Virus record (IMG/VR): IMGVR_UViG_3300037420_000233
Location: 1-25,774 of that record
Source: a virus
Taxonomy: Duplodnaviria; Caudoviricetes
Direction: 5' to 3' (one strand)
DNA: 25,774 nt
In this document: positions 6,775-15,956 of the stretch, in pieces
How the letters are laid out: each line of letters opens with the position of its first letter
Numbering within the stretch: the stretch's first letter is position 1
Translations under genes and position numbers: made by a program
Notes under the pieces: generated by a model
Database searches by the model: none
What the model was told of the DNA's origin: nothing
What the model saw: only the letters and a program-made list of their open reading frames with translations

Positions 6775-8668
6775 TGGCCGCATTGCGTAGCTGAAGGAAC
6801 TGCTGACGGGCTTGGGGTTCCAGCCTCGTCGCAATGGCGTTGATGGCGGCGTCCGTTTGCGAAGCGTCCGTGGCTATGCGCGCGAGTTCATCGGCTTGGG
6901 CCGGATTGAAGCCGCGGCGGCGCCACGCATCGACCGCACGAGCTGCGAGCCCGATCAGGTCGCCCGACAGTCCTTGGCGCACCGCGCCCACGGTCTGTTG
7001 CGCGACGTTGCCAACGTCGTTCTCAAGCACGGCCGTTCGTGAGCCGGCGTTCGGCTGGACGAACTGCGCGTTCCTCGCCTGCTCAACGCGCGTCCCGATT
7101 TGGGCGAGGTATTGGTCTGCGTCCGCGCCGAAGGTTGCCCGCAGGTTCTCCCGCGCATAGGGCGAAGACGCCAGCGCATCCAGCGTGCCGAAGCGGTTCT
7201 CGGGCTGACGCCCCAGCGTATCAAGAAGCTGTTGGCGTACGGCCACTTGGTTCGCTTGCCGCGCCTCCTCGGGGAGGCTTTGAAGCCAAGCGGCGTAGTC
7301 CGCTGGGTCTGTCGTGAGCGGGTCGCGGTAGTTCTCGCCGCGCGCGACCTCGATGGCGCGCGATTGGGTGCTGTAGGCTTGCCGGGCGGGGCGCAGCCCC
7401 TCCACGTTGTCCAGGGTCGCATCCAATTGGTCCCGGCGTCCGAAGGCGCCGCGGGCGCGATAGTTTCGGCCGGATGAGGCGAACCCGCGCCCACGCTCCC
7501 GGGCGGCAATGACGAGCCGGTCGACCGTGCCAGCGGAAATGCGGGGCAGTGGCCCGACACCACCTTGCGACGGGAGTTGGAGGAGGCGGTCGAGTTCCAC
7601 CTGTCGCCCCCAGTCTTGGTTCTCAATGGCGTCAGCGCGGGCGCGAGCGATGATGCTGCGCCCTGACGAGTCCGACAGCATGTCCAGGACAGTATCGGGG
7701 ATCTCGATCTGCTCGGCGTCGAACTCGCTGTAGTTGCGTCGTGCTTGGGCTTCGCGAGCCGCCTCCGTATCGTTGGCGAACTGCTCGGCCGTGCGCTGGT
7801 CCGGCGTCAGCCGCCGCGTGGCGGACATGGCGCTCGGCTTGACCGCCGCCGTGGTGGAACGCGCATTGGCGGTCAGCGCCTCGCCGGCGGCATCGCTGCG
7901 GACGCCCACCGCGCGCACGAACCGCCGGCCACGCTCTCCGGACACGTCAACCAAGGTCGGCTGAGCCCCGGCGGCCCGCATGTCAGCGGCTCGGGCGCGC
8001 ATCGCAGCGGGGTCTTGCCGAGTGCGTTCGCCCAGGGCTTGGACCGGCGATGGCGGCGGACGACGGGCGCCGAGGCGAACCGACGCGCCACCGGCGCCGA
8101 CAAGCCCACCCACAACCCGCGCAACGTCCTGCGCCTTCTCGTCACCCCCGAACGCACGCGTGACGCCTGCCGCCGCTTCGGCGCCCGCAGTCGGCAGCAC
8201 GACGTTTGCGGCGCGCTGGACGGCGTTGCCGGGCGCAAGCGCGTTGGGCGCCATGGCCCCGGCGGTCCTCGCCACTTGACCGGCTCCCGTCAGCGGCTCG
8301 TAGCGAGCCGCCTTCGACAGCCGAGGTGCAATCAGCCGCGAGACCGAAAGCGCATTCTGGACGCCTGGTCGCTGACCGGCCATAAGGTTCAGCGCGTTGG
8401 CCGGCGCGCCAAACGGCGTCGCCGCTGCTGCCGTGTCCACTAGACCGAGGACGGAGCCCACAAGGCCCGCGACGCCGGACTTCGCCACGTCCTTCGCCGC
8501 GTTCGGCTTGCCGAGATGGGCGACGATCTCCGCGTCCGAATAGCCCGCCTGGCGCGCCTGCTTCACCTTCGATCCCATGCCGGAATCGTTGGCGATGTAG
8601 GCGGCAATGTCGGCGTCGCTGTAGCCCGCCTTGCGGGCCTTGGCGATGCTGGACGCGAGGTCAGCCAT
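6716..8668 (-). CDS. Internal virion / DNA ejection protein (third of three; positional analogue of P22 gp16), 650 aa
   Basis: Ala/Arg/Gln-rich and helical, with Gly/Ala hydrophobic segments and N-terminal tandem AGYSDA(D/E)I repeats. Synteny supports the call. Confidence 0.7.
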   Translation of the reverse strand: MADLASSIAKARKAGYSDADIAAYIANDSGMGSKVKQARQAGYSDAEIVAHLGKPNAAKDVAKSGVAGLVGSVLGLVDTAAAATPFGAPANALNLMAGQRPGVQNALSVSRLIAPRLSKAARYEPLTGAGQVARTAGAMAPNALAPGNAVQRAANVVLPTAGAEAAAGVTRAFGGDEKAQDVARVVGGLVGAGGASVRLGARRPPPSPVQALGERTRQDPAAMRARAADMRAAGAQPTLVDVSGERGRRFVRAVGVRSDAAGEALTANARSTTAAVKPSAMSATRRLTPDQRTAEQFANDTEAAREAQARRNYSEFDAEQIEIPDTVLDMLSDSSGRSIIARARADAIENQDWGRQVELDRLLQLPSQGGVGPLPRISAGTVDRLVIAARERGRGFASSGRNYRARGAFGRRDQLDATLDNVEGLRPARQAYSTQSRAIEVARGENYRDPLTTDPADYAAWLQSLPEEARQANQVAVRQQLLDTLGRQPENRFGTLDALASSPYARENLRATFGADADQYLAQIGTRVEQARNAQFVQPNAGSRTAVLENDVGNVAQQTVGAVRQGLSGDLIGLAARAVDAWRRRGFNPAQADELARIATDASQTDAAINAIATRLEPQARQQFLQLRNAAITGSLAGNALAAASQAPQR

Positions 8669-8671
8669 TCG

Positions 8672-10315
8672 TCATTTCCCGAAGATGGAATCGAGCGAGG
8701 GGCGTTTGGCCGCGGGCTGCTGCCCCTTCCCGGCGGTAGGGGATGGCTTTGCGACCCCAACGCCCAGACGCGGCTGGATCGTGGTCTCCGGCAGGCCCAA
8801 CTCCGAGGCATAGCCCCTGTACTGGCCGACGAGCTGATCGTATCGGCCCTTGTTGGCCTCGTAGACCCTACCGGCGGACTCGATGAACTCGCGGCGCTGC
8901 TGCTCATTCAGCCGTTGGCCATTGAGCGCGCGGTTGTAGGCGTTGACCACGCGACCCGGGATGCCGGCGGTGTTCTGGGCGTTGGCGAACTCGCCTTCGC
9001 GCACGACCGACGTCGGGTCCAGGATCTTCATGTAAGCGAAGATCATCGACATATCGTTCGCCGCCGTGGGCTTGGCCGAGCCGAGGCGAGACACGATGTC
9101 GTACTGCGTCGCGACCGTCTGGAACGCCTTCACGTCAGGGTGCTGGTCGAACTCCTTGCGAAGCTGGATAGAGCCCTGGCGCTGTTCCTTGGCGTTCGGC
9201 CGAGACGTGATGGTCGGGTCAGCCGGGCCGCCTGGAATGTACTCCAGTTGGCCGCCGCTCCAGCGATAGCCCGAGGGCGCGTCGTCCTGCTTCGGCTGGG
9301 CTTTCTGCACTTGGCGAAAACCGGGGATGCCCGCCTGCGGCGCGGCGGACCCCGTTTCCCGAACGCGTCGCTCCCAACTCGGGCCGTTCTGCGCGTAGTC
9401 CGGCCGGCTGCGGTAGTGCTGGAGGCGAAGCTGGTTGAACTTCGCCAGATCCCCGCCCGACTGCTGCCACCACTGGAGGGCGCGCTGCGGCCCCTGGTTC
9501 ACGGCGGCGTCGAACACGGCGGCCTGTGCTGCCGGCGGCAGCTGATCGCCGCCAATGGCGTTCCAGTAGCGCTGACGGTAGATTTCCTTCGCCTTCTCGG
9601 GCGTCAGGTTCTTCACATCGACGTCTGGATTGTACTTCTGGTTGATGCCGAAGTTTGCGGGGGCGCCGGAGCGGCCATCCTTGGCCACGTAACCGCCCTC
9701 CCGCTGAAGCAAGGGCGCAACCTGAGCGTCGAAGCCGCCCGCAGCGCCGGGCGTAGCCGCGGGCGCGGCGCCATTATCCCGAACGAAGTAGTTCTTGTCG
9801 GGGTCCATGGCGATCGGAGCCTCGGTCGGCTCACGAAGCACCTCGAAGTCACCCGTATCCTTGGCGAAACGACCGACGCCGCCATTGCCCAGATTGACCG
9901 CCTGCCACTCCTTCTCGGCCGCGGTCCCTAGCCATTGGGTGAAGGCCTCAGGCCCCATCTCCTGGTACTTCTGGCGCAGGGCAGGCATGTGGTCGCCCAT
10001 GCCGATCGCCCCCGCCCATTGGTCCGCTTCGGCCATGGCCTGCTCTGGCGATTGGCCAGCCTTGAGCCGCTTGGCGAGCCCGGTGGCCAGGTTCCCGGCG
10101 AACTCGACTTCCTTCTTGTGCTGGTCGTCGATCACCTTGGACTGGACGCTGAAGCCCGCATCCAGCGCGCCGCCGCGATAGAGCGCATCCCGCGCGCCAG
10201 CCGCATCGCCGCCGGCCAGCATCCCGCCCGCCTGCTTGGCAAGCGCGTTCTGCTGCTGGCCTTTAACGAGATCGTTGAAGGCCTGGCGGTCGGCGTAGAA
10301 GTCGGAGAGCGCCAT
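8672..10315 (-). CDS. Internal virion / ejection protein carrying a GH108 lysozyme domain, 547 aa
   Basis: The central domain LLQREGGYV...NFGIN...VKNLTPEKAKEIYRQRYWNAIGGDQLP...VFDAAVNQG...RLQHY...SWERRV fits glycoside hydrolase family 108 plus its peptidoglycan-binding tail. It occupies the P22 gp20 position. Confidence 0.85.
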   Translation of the reverse strand: MALSDFYADRQAFNDLVKGQQQNALAKQAGGMLAGGDAAGARDALYRGGALDAGFSVQSKVIDDQHKKEVEFAGNLATGLAKRLKAGQSPEQAMAEADQWAGAIGMGDHMPALRQKYQEMGPEAFTQWLGTAAEKEWQAVNLGNGGVGRFAKDTGDFEVLREPTEAPIAMDPDKNYFVRDNGAAPAATPGAAGGFDAQVAPLLQREGGYVAKDGRSGAPANFGINQKYNPDVDVKNLTPEKAKEIYRQRYWNAIGGDQLPPAAQAAVFDAAVNQGPQRALQWWQQSGGDLAKFNQLRLQHYRSRPDYAQNGPSWERRVRETGSAAPQAGIPGFRQVQKAQPKQDDAPSGYRWSGGQLEYIPGGPADPTITSRPNAKEQRQGSIQLRKEFDQHPDVKAFQTVATQYDIVSRLGSAKPTAANDMSMIFAYMKILDPTSVVREGEFANAQNTAGIPGRVVNAYNRALNGQRLNEQQRREFIESAGRVYEANKGRYDQLVGQYRGYASELGLPETTIQPRLGVGVAKPSPTAGKGQQPAAKRPSLDSIFGK

Positions 10316-10987
10316 CTAGAACCCCGAGAAGCTGAAGCCGGTGTCGATGCCGGAGCCGAAACTGGAGTCGAGGCCGCTCCAGCCGCCTCCGCCACCGCCT
10401 CCGAAGGCCCCCACGACGGACTTCGCGAAGTCGGTCCCTGCGCCCCACTGGTCCGAAATCGCCTGTCCCCGCGCCCGGCGCACGGGCACCCGGCCCTCCG
10501 CGCCGCGATAGAGCGCGTTGACGTAGCCGCTTTGTGCAGCCGCCGAACCATTGGCCCCCTGGAGCCCAAACTGGCCGAGGGTCGTGTTGCGGTTGAACGC
10601 GTTGTTGAAGTCCTGCGCCGCGATGCCAGAGGCTTGGCGTAGTTCGTCTTTGATCGTGCCCCCGGAGCGGAGCGCGCCGCGCGCCGCAGCGCCGCGCTCA
10701 ACCGCCCGCAAGGCCTGATCCTGGATGTAGTTGTAGCCGGGATCGAGAGACTTATAGTCGTAGCCAGGCGTCTGCATCGCTAGGGCGTTGTTGAACCCCT
10801 GCGTGCCGCCCTTGAGGAAGTCGCCGTAGTAGCCGAGCGTCGCATCACGACCCGCCAGCGCGGCGGCGTCGGCGCGGTTGAAGTCCTGGATCGACTTCTT
10901 GGTCTGCTTCTTCTGCGCGCTGGCGCCCAGGAAGCCGCCCACCGAATCCAGGATGCCGCCTCCCGTAAGGCTGGAAAGGAATCCCAT
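10316..10987 (-). CDS. DNA transfer / ejection protein (P22 gp7-like position), 223 aa
   Basis: Gly-rich hydrophobic N-terminus GGFLGASAQKKQ and motif DPGYNY...RAVERGAAARGALRSGGTIKDEL, typical of podophage DNA-transfer proteins. Confidence 0.75.
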   Translation of the reverse strand: MGFLSSLTGGGILDSVGGFLGASAQKKQTKKSIQDFNRADAAALAGRDATLGYYGDFLKGGTQGFNNALAMQTPGYDYKSLDPGYNYIQDQALRAVERGAAARGALRSGGTIKDELRQASGIAAQDFNNAFNRNTTLGQFGLQGANGSAAAQSGYVNALYRGAEGRVPVRRARGQAISDQWGAGTDFAKSVVGAFGGGGGGGWSGLDSSFGSGIDTGFSFSGF

Positions 10988-12499
10988 CTAGCTCTCCTCG
11001 ATGTCCACCCAGCTCGGGAGCAGGGTCACTCTCACGGGATCTGAAATACGTACGCGCACCATGAAGTCGGTTCCCGAGCCGCAGGGGCCGAACCGGACCA
11101 GCGTCTTGCCCTCGCCGATCTTGCCGATGGAGCGGGTGATCTCGTTCGACCACGGGCCGTAGCCCCAGCGGTATTGCAGCATGATCAGCGGTTCGGAGCC
11201 CTGCACCCCGCCGTCACGGCCCACGCCCACTTCCATCTCGATCCCGACTTGCAGCACCGCGAAGGTCTTGCCGCCGCGCCAGAGGGGGCCGGCACTCTCC
11301 CGAAACTTCACCAGCGGGAGCGTGTTCTCGCGGTAGTAGTCGAGGGACTGCTCGTAGATGTGCGGGGCGTTGTAGGCGCCGGTGTAGTGCCGTCCGCGCC
11401 AGGTGATGTGATGGTCGGCGACATGGCGTTCAAAGAGGCCCGTGGCGGGGTTGGTGTAGGCCCGCTCGTGCCACATCTGCGTGGCCGCGTCGTAAACCCA
11501 GGTCATCGACGCCTGGGCGGGGTTGTTGACCGTGGCCTCCACGGCCGGGAGGTTGATCATCAGGAACGAGTGGCCGGCGTCCTGATAGCCGAACATGGTG
11601 ATCTGTCCGGCAAGGTCGTCGTCGCTGAACAGCACCTTCTCGACGCACTTCTCCACCGCATGGGTGGAAATGCGCTGCGGCGCGGCCCCTGCCCCGCCCA
11701 GCCGCCAGACGATGCCCTCGCCCTCAGCGTTGCGGCCCACCATGCAGACGGTGTTGTCGAACTTGGCCGAGGCGCGCATCGCCACGCAGCCGTGTTCGGC
11801 ATAGCCTCCGGAAATCCGCTGGAAGGGGTTGTCCGCGTCGCCCGTGTTCCAGAACCACTCCGTGCTGTTCTCGTTGGGCAGGATGATCTGGTTGTTGCAG
11901 ATGTGGATGTTCAGGATGTTGTCGGTGTTGCCCTCGGCCTCGAAGAACGAAAGGCCCAGGACAGTCGAAGGATCGTCAAGCTCTGAGTAACGCACAACAT
12001 TGCTGTTGCGGATGGCGTAGAGTGTAGTACCATTCAGGTACGCAGACCAGTACCCTTGCAGTTGTTCTTCGCCATCGTTCAGGACGGCGGTCAGGGCAGA
12101 GGTTGTGAAGTCGTAGGTCCAGAACTTGCCGTCGCCCACGACGAGCTTGCTATTGTTGTCGGAGAACCCCACCGGGCCGGTCGTGCTCTGGAGGTTGGCG
12201 AGCACGATGAAGCCGTTGGTGGGCGTGATCTCCAGGAGGTAGTTCTGGATCGCGCAGAACGCGCGCGCCCCCATCACATGCATCCCCCGCACCCCGGAAG
12301 TGCTCAGGATCGCCGGGATGATCGCCGAGGCGTCGGCCCAGCGGAACGAGCCCGGCACATGCTTGAGCGCGATCACCCCCTTGGCGTCGGGGTCATTGAT
12401 CTCCGGGTAGAGGTTGACGGTTCGCCCCGACTGCTGGGCGGGCGAGCTGGCCTTGCTCGAGGGCCCGATCAGCGGGAATCCGATGCGACGCGGGGCCAT
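10988..12499 (-). CDS. Tail hub / packaged-DNA stabilisation protein (P22 gp10-like), 503 aa
   Basis: Motifs RTVNLYPE, GVRGM, AEGNTDNI, STEWFWNTG, PQRISTHAVE, YQDAGHSF, TWVYDAATQMWHER, MEVGVG and WSNEITRSIGKIGE. Confidence 0.9.
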   Translation of the reverse strand: MAPRRIGFPLIGPSSKASSPAQQSGRTVNLYPEINDPDAKGVIALKHVPGSFRWADASAIIPAILSTSGVRGMHVMGARAFCAIQNYLLEITPTNGFIVLANLQSTTGPVGFSDNNSKLVVGDGKFWTYDFTTSALTAVLNDGEEQLQGYWSAYLNGTTLYAIRNSNVVRYSELDDPSTVLGLSFFEAEGNTDNILNIHICNNQIILPNENSTEWFWNTGDADNPFQRISGGYAEHGCVAMRASAKFDNTVCMVGRNAEGEGIVWRLGGAGAAPQRISTHAVEKCVEKVLFSDDDLAGQITMFGYQDAGHSFLMINLPAVEATVNNPAQASMTWVYDAATQMWHERAYTNPATGLFERHVADHHITWRGRHYTGAYNAPHIYEQSLDYYRENTLPLVKFRESAGPLWRGGKTFAVLQVGIEMEVGVGRDGGVQGSEPLIMLQYRWGYGPWSNEITRSIGKIGEGKTLVRFGPCGSGTDFMVRVRISDPVRVTLLPSWVDIEES

Positions 12500-15033
12500 C
12501 AGGTGACGTAGGCGCCGGTGTTGTCGAGCGCCCCCGCATAGGTCCCGTCGAGTTTCTTGAAGCCGCCCGAAGCGACCGCGAGGTTCGCGGGCTTCACCGC
12601 GGCGATCACCGCCGCCCGCGTCACATATCCGGGGTTGGTCCCGCCGACGTACCCCGGCATCGCCGCCTGGTAGAGGGCCAACAGCGTCACATCGTCCACA
12701 GCATCGATGGTCACATTGTCCGTCGAGGTCATGCCGCCCAGCGCGTAGGCGTTGGCCACGCAGCTATCGACTTCCGAGGTTCCGCAGTTCACCATGCGGA
12801 TCGTGGCGTCGGTCGCCCCCACCACGGCCGAACCGATCGGCTTCAGCACCGTGCAGTTACGGACGAGCGCGCCGTCGTAGTAGGTCATCGACACCGCGTT
12901 CGCGGCCCCGGTGATGATGATCTCGTTCTCCACCGTGCAGCCGGCGACCCGGTAGGGCGTCACAGTGTCGCCGAAGAAGTCGCCTTGCGGGCCGGAGCTC
13001 GACGAGTTGGTGACGTGGATGTTGCGCCGGAAGGTCCCAAGGCTCGTCAAGCTCTTGGTCTTCGCCCCGCCGTGCTGCACGCTATCCGCGTGCGCAAGCG
13101 GGGGGATCAGGTAGTTGAACGAGAAATTGTCCTCGACGAGGATGTTCTCACCCACGAAGTGGATGAAATCGCTGCCCAGGTGCTCGCCGACGCATTCCGC
13201 GATCCGCGTCTGAACCGTGGTGTCACAGACGCAATCGAAGCCATTGATCACGCGCTTCGCATGGCATTGATACGCGGTCGCCCGCCGAACCTGGAAGCCG
13301 TAGTTGGTATAGCTGGTCAGGCTTTCGTCGTTCTCCGCCCGACAACGGGTGAAGCCCACGCCCCAGCCGACCGTAGGGCTGGAGTAGCCGAAGAAGTGGC
13401 GGTTGACGTTGGCGTTGCGATAGCCGGTGACGTCCTCGAACGTAAACGGAAATTCCGCATCGGTCGTCGCGTTGAAGATCAGCGCGCCCACCCGGAAACC
13501 CCCACCGCGCCACGGATTGCCGTTGGTGTCGTTGCCCGCGGTCGGGTTCTCGGCCCGAATGATGATCTTGCCCGAACCCGCGTAGCCGCCGGCTGGCAGC
13601 GAAATTCGCCAATCGGCCGCCGTGGGGTTCAGGTACCCATCGCGGCACACGATCTCGTCGGTCCCCTTGACCATCGCGCCAGGCTGGCCGATGGCGATCG
13701 AGAGCACCTTCTGGAGCTGAAAGCTCGACGCTGAGTCCGCGGGCGTCGCAGCGACGTGCGCCCCATTCGCGACCAGCGTCACCGTCCGCGTCGTGCCGTC
13801 CGCGAAGGTGAGCGAGTAGGATTGCCCCGCCGACTTGGAGAAGGTCTTGGCCGTCCCGTAGGTCCCGCTGGGCACGAGGTTGCCATAGGCGTCGATCGTC
13901 CAGTCCGATGCGCCCGTGCCGCTGATGGCCGAGCCCGCGGCCAGGTTCGTCGCATAGCCGCCGTAGCCGCAGCGGGTCTTGAAGCCGAACAGGATCTCGT
14001 CGGTGGGCGGGGCGACCGGAGCGTCTTCCGTGGTGACGGAGTAGAGCGCCGAAACCCCGCCGATGGTCAGGCGAGCGGAGGCCGTGGTCTGGTAGGCGCC
14101 CGAGGAGGTCAGGCGAACCCGCAGCACGTCGCCCAGGACGCACGTTCCGTCCGCGGAGCCGTAGACCCCGCCGTTCTTGTTCCACTCGCCGCCCTGCACC
14201 GAAACGGTCGTGGCGGCGTTGATCCCTGCGACCGTGACCGCGCCTGAGGTGTAGAGCGTGGAGCGCGTCGCGTCGGTGACGGCGGTGAACGAGAACGCGT
14301 CCGGCACGGTGTCGGCCGGCGCGACCGTGGTGGTGACGCTATAGGCCCCACTTACCCCGCCGATGGTCAGCCTGGCTTGGGCCAGTGTCACATAGCTCGC
14401 CGAGCTGGTCAGCTTCAGCGCGAAGGTGTCGCCGTTGACCGCCGTGGTGTTGGCTGTGGCCGCCGTCCCGCCGTTCTTGACGTAGGAGCCGCCGCTCACC
14501 GACACCGCGACGCTCACGCCATCGGACAGCCCCGCGACCGTGATGGTGTTCGACGTGTAGAGGATCGAAAGCACCGCATTGGCGACGGGCAGGAAGACGA
14601 AGCTATCGGGCGTGGTGTCCAGCACCAACGCCTTGGTGCGCACCGAGAAGGTCCCGGCAACGCCACCGATGGTCAGGGTGGCCGTCGTGGTGGTGTCGTA
14701 GCTGGCCGAGGACGTCAGGCGCAGGCGAATGATGTCGTTCGCCGCGACCTGGCCGTCCAGATCGGTGTAGGCCCCGCCGTTGACGCTGTACTCGCCGCCG
14801 CTCACCGTGACGGTCGCGGTGATGTTGATCCCGGCGACGGTCACCGCATTGGAGACATAGACGCTCGACAGGTCCGCGCCGGAGATCGGCGTGAACGAGA
14901 AGGCGGTGGGGGTAGAGTCAGGGGCGTTGCGCCCGCGTCCACGAGGCGTCACAGGTTTCGCGCCTCCGGTGTTCGAGGTTCCAATGGAGCGGACCATGGC
15001 GAGGAGGTTCCGAAGCAGCCGGCTCAGCGACAT
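12499..15033 (-). CDS. Fibre/spike protein with three Ig-like repeats and a C-terminal parallel beta-helix (pectate-lyase-like), about 844 aa
   Basis: Likely start ATG 15033 overlaps the adaptor stop (alternative ATG 14997). It has three ~100-aa DxxPxxFxF repeats. The C-terminal part shows Asn/Cys-ladder beta-helix patterning (ILVEDNF, HADSVQ, FRRNI, VENEII, LVRNCTV). Confidence 0.75.
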   Translation of the reverse strand: MSLSRLLRNLLAMVRSIGTSNTGGAKPVTPRGRGRNAPDSTPTAFSFTPISGADLSSVYVSNAVTVAGINITATVTVSGGEYSVNGGAYTDLDGQVAANDIIRLRLTSSASYDTTTTATLTIGGVAGTFSVRTKALVLDTTPDSFVFLPVANAVLSILYTSNTITVAGLSDGVSVAVSVSGGSYVKNGGTAATANTTAVNGDTFALKLTSSASYVTLAQARLTIGGVSGAYSVTTTVAPADTVPDAFSFTAVTDATRSTLYTSGAVTVAGINAATTVSVQGGEWNKNGGVYGSADGTCVLGDVLRVRLTSSGAYQTTASARLTIGGVSALYSVTTEDAPVAPPTDEILFGFKTRCGYGGYATNLAAGSAISGTGASDWTIDAYGNLVPSGTYGTAKTFSKSAGQSYSLTFADGTTRTVTLVANGAHVAATPADSASSFQLQKVLSIAIGQPGAMVKGTDEIVCRDGYLNPTAADWRISLPAGGYAGSGKIIIRAENPTAGNDTNGNPWRGGGFRVGALIFNATTDAEFPFTFEDVTGYRNANVNRHFFGYSSPTVGWGVGFTRCRAENDESLTSYTNYGFQVRRATAYQCHAKRVINGFDCVCDTTVQTRIAECVGEHLGSDFIHFVGENILVEDNFSFNYLIPPLAHADSVQHGGAKTKSLTSLGTFRRNIHVTNSSSSGPQGDFFGDTVTPYRVAGCTVENEIIITGAANAVSMTYYDGALVRNCTVLKPIGSAVVGATDATIRMVNCGTSEVDSCVANAYALGGMTSTDNVTIDAVDDVTLLALYQAAMPGYVGGTNPGYVTRAAVIAAVKPANLAVASGGFKKLDGTYAGALDNTGAYVT
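14020..14919 (-). repeat. Three tandem ~100-aa beta-sandwich repeats (DxxPxxFxF...SxxxTVAG...VSGG...NGG...LTSSxxY...AxLTIGGV...(F/Y)SV)
   Basis: Repeat starts are at 14919, 14619 and 14313 (periods 300 and 306 nt). Confidence 0.92.
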
Positions 15034-15707
15034 GCCGGGGACAGGAACAGCGACTGCGGCTCGTCCGCGCACTTGGCGAGCTGGTAGAGCCGCTCGGCTT
15101 CCTGGCGCAGTTCGAGGGCCGCTGCCGTGCCCGAGAAGCCCTTCAGGCGGTCGTAGGACACCGCCATCTTGTGGATGATGGCCGAGGACCACTCCTGCGG
15201 GATGTCCAGGTTCTCGTCGAGCGAGGTGATGTCCTCGACGACCCGCTTGGCCGTGGCGTAGAGATCGGTATCGGCGCTCGGGACCGGCCACAGTCGGACG
15301 ATCAGCGTCTCGACGCTCTTGCCGGGGCTGAAGCTGATCGGCTCGCCCAACTGGAACTTGTTCGGGATTTCCCGGTACTCGTCCGTCTCGATGCGGGTGA
15401 GCTGCCGGTCCTGGTCGCTGCTGTCGCGGACCCGCATTTCGTAGATGTCGAGGTACTTGACGTCCAGTTCCTGTTCGGCCTGATCCGCCGGCCAGGTCAT
15501 GGTGATCTCTTCCAACAGATGCGCTGCGCAGCCGTCGTTCTGGGCCGCCTTCAGCAGCAGGTTCAGGTGGACCATGCCGCGCTGGAAATCGAAGGGGTTG
15601 AGCGTCGGCTGGCCTTCGTTGACCAGCTTGGCCGCCGAGAGCGCGGCGGCTTCGGTCAGCACATCGCGCACCGTCATGATGCCGGTCGTGACGCCGGAAG
15701 TCGCCAT
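15024..15707 (-). CDS. Head-to-tail adaptor / tail tubular protein A-like (P22 gp4 position), 227 aa
   Basis: Motifs MATSG...VRDVLTEA, LNLLLK, EYREIPNK...GEP, RLWPVP and LDIPQEW. AGGAG SD. Synteny supports the call. Confidence 0.8.
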   Translation of the reverse strand: MATSGVTTGIMTVRDVLTEAAALSAAKLVNEGQPTLNPFDFQRGMVHLNLLLKAAQNDGCAAHLLEEITMTWPADQAEQELDVKYLDIYEMRVRDSSDQDRQLTRIETDEYREIPNKFQLGEPISFSPGKSVETLIVRLWPVPSADTDLYATAKRVVEDITSLDENLDIPQEWSSAIIHKMAVSYDRLKGFSGTAAALELRQEAERLYQLAKCADEPQSLFLSPACR

Positions 15708-15716
15708 GCGTGGCTC

Positions 15717-15956
15717 CTAGAGGTCTTCGGGCTGGACCAGGCCGTCGGCGTAGACGTCGGGACCTTCCGGCCGCGCGTCGGGAACGCCGGGGCTCTCACG
15801 CACGGGCGCGACGAAATCCTGCGGGTTGCGCTCGTCGGCGAACCGGCGCAGCACCCGCAGGCCGTTCCATTGGATGACCGTTTCTGACGCCCAGCACTTG
15901 AAGCCGCTAAGGTCGCAGATCACCCGGAAGTCGTCGGGTCGAGCTTCCTCAGGCAT
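15717..15956 (-). CDS. Conserved small phage protein (CDxSGFK...WNGLRV...ERNPQDF), 79 aa
   Basis: TAATG coupling. The motif is typical of small ORFs preceding head-tail adaptors. Confidence 0.75.
   Translation of the reverse strand: MPEEARPDDFRVICDLSGFKCWASETVIQWNGLRVLRRFADERNPQDFVAPVRESPGVPDARPEGPDVYADGLVQPEDL

Noticed and set aside
8516-10642. 471-aa and 235-aa plus-strand ORFs
   Set aside because: Shadows of the in-frame ejection genes, with no independent coding signal.
14020-14919. Regular ~300-nt repeats as a CRISPR array or non-coding repeat
   Set aside because: These are degenerate protein-level repeats within one ORF, with no identical repeat-spacer structure.
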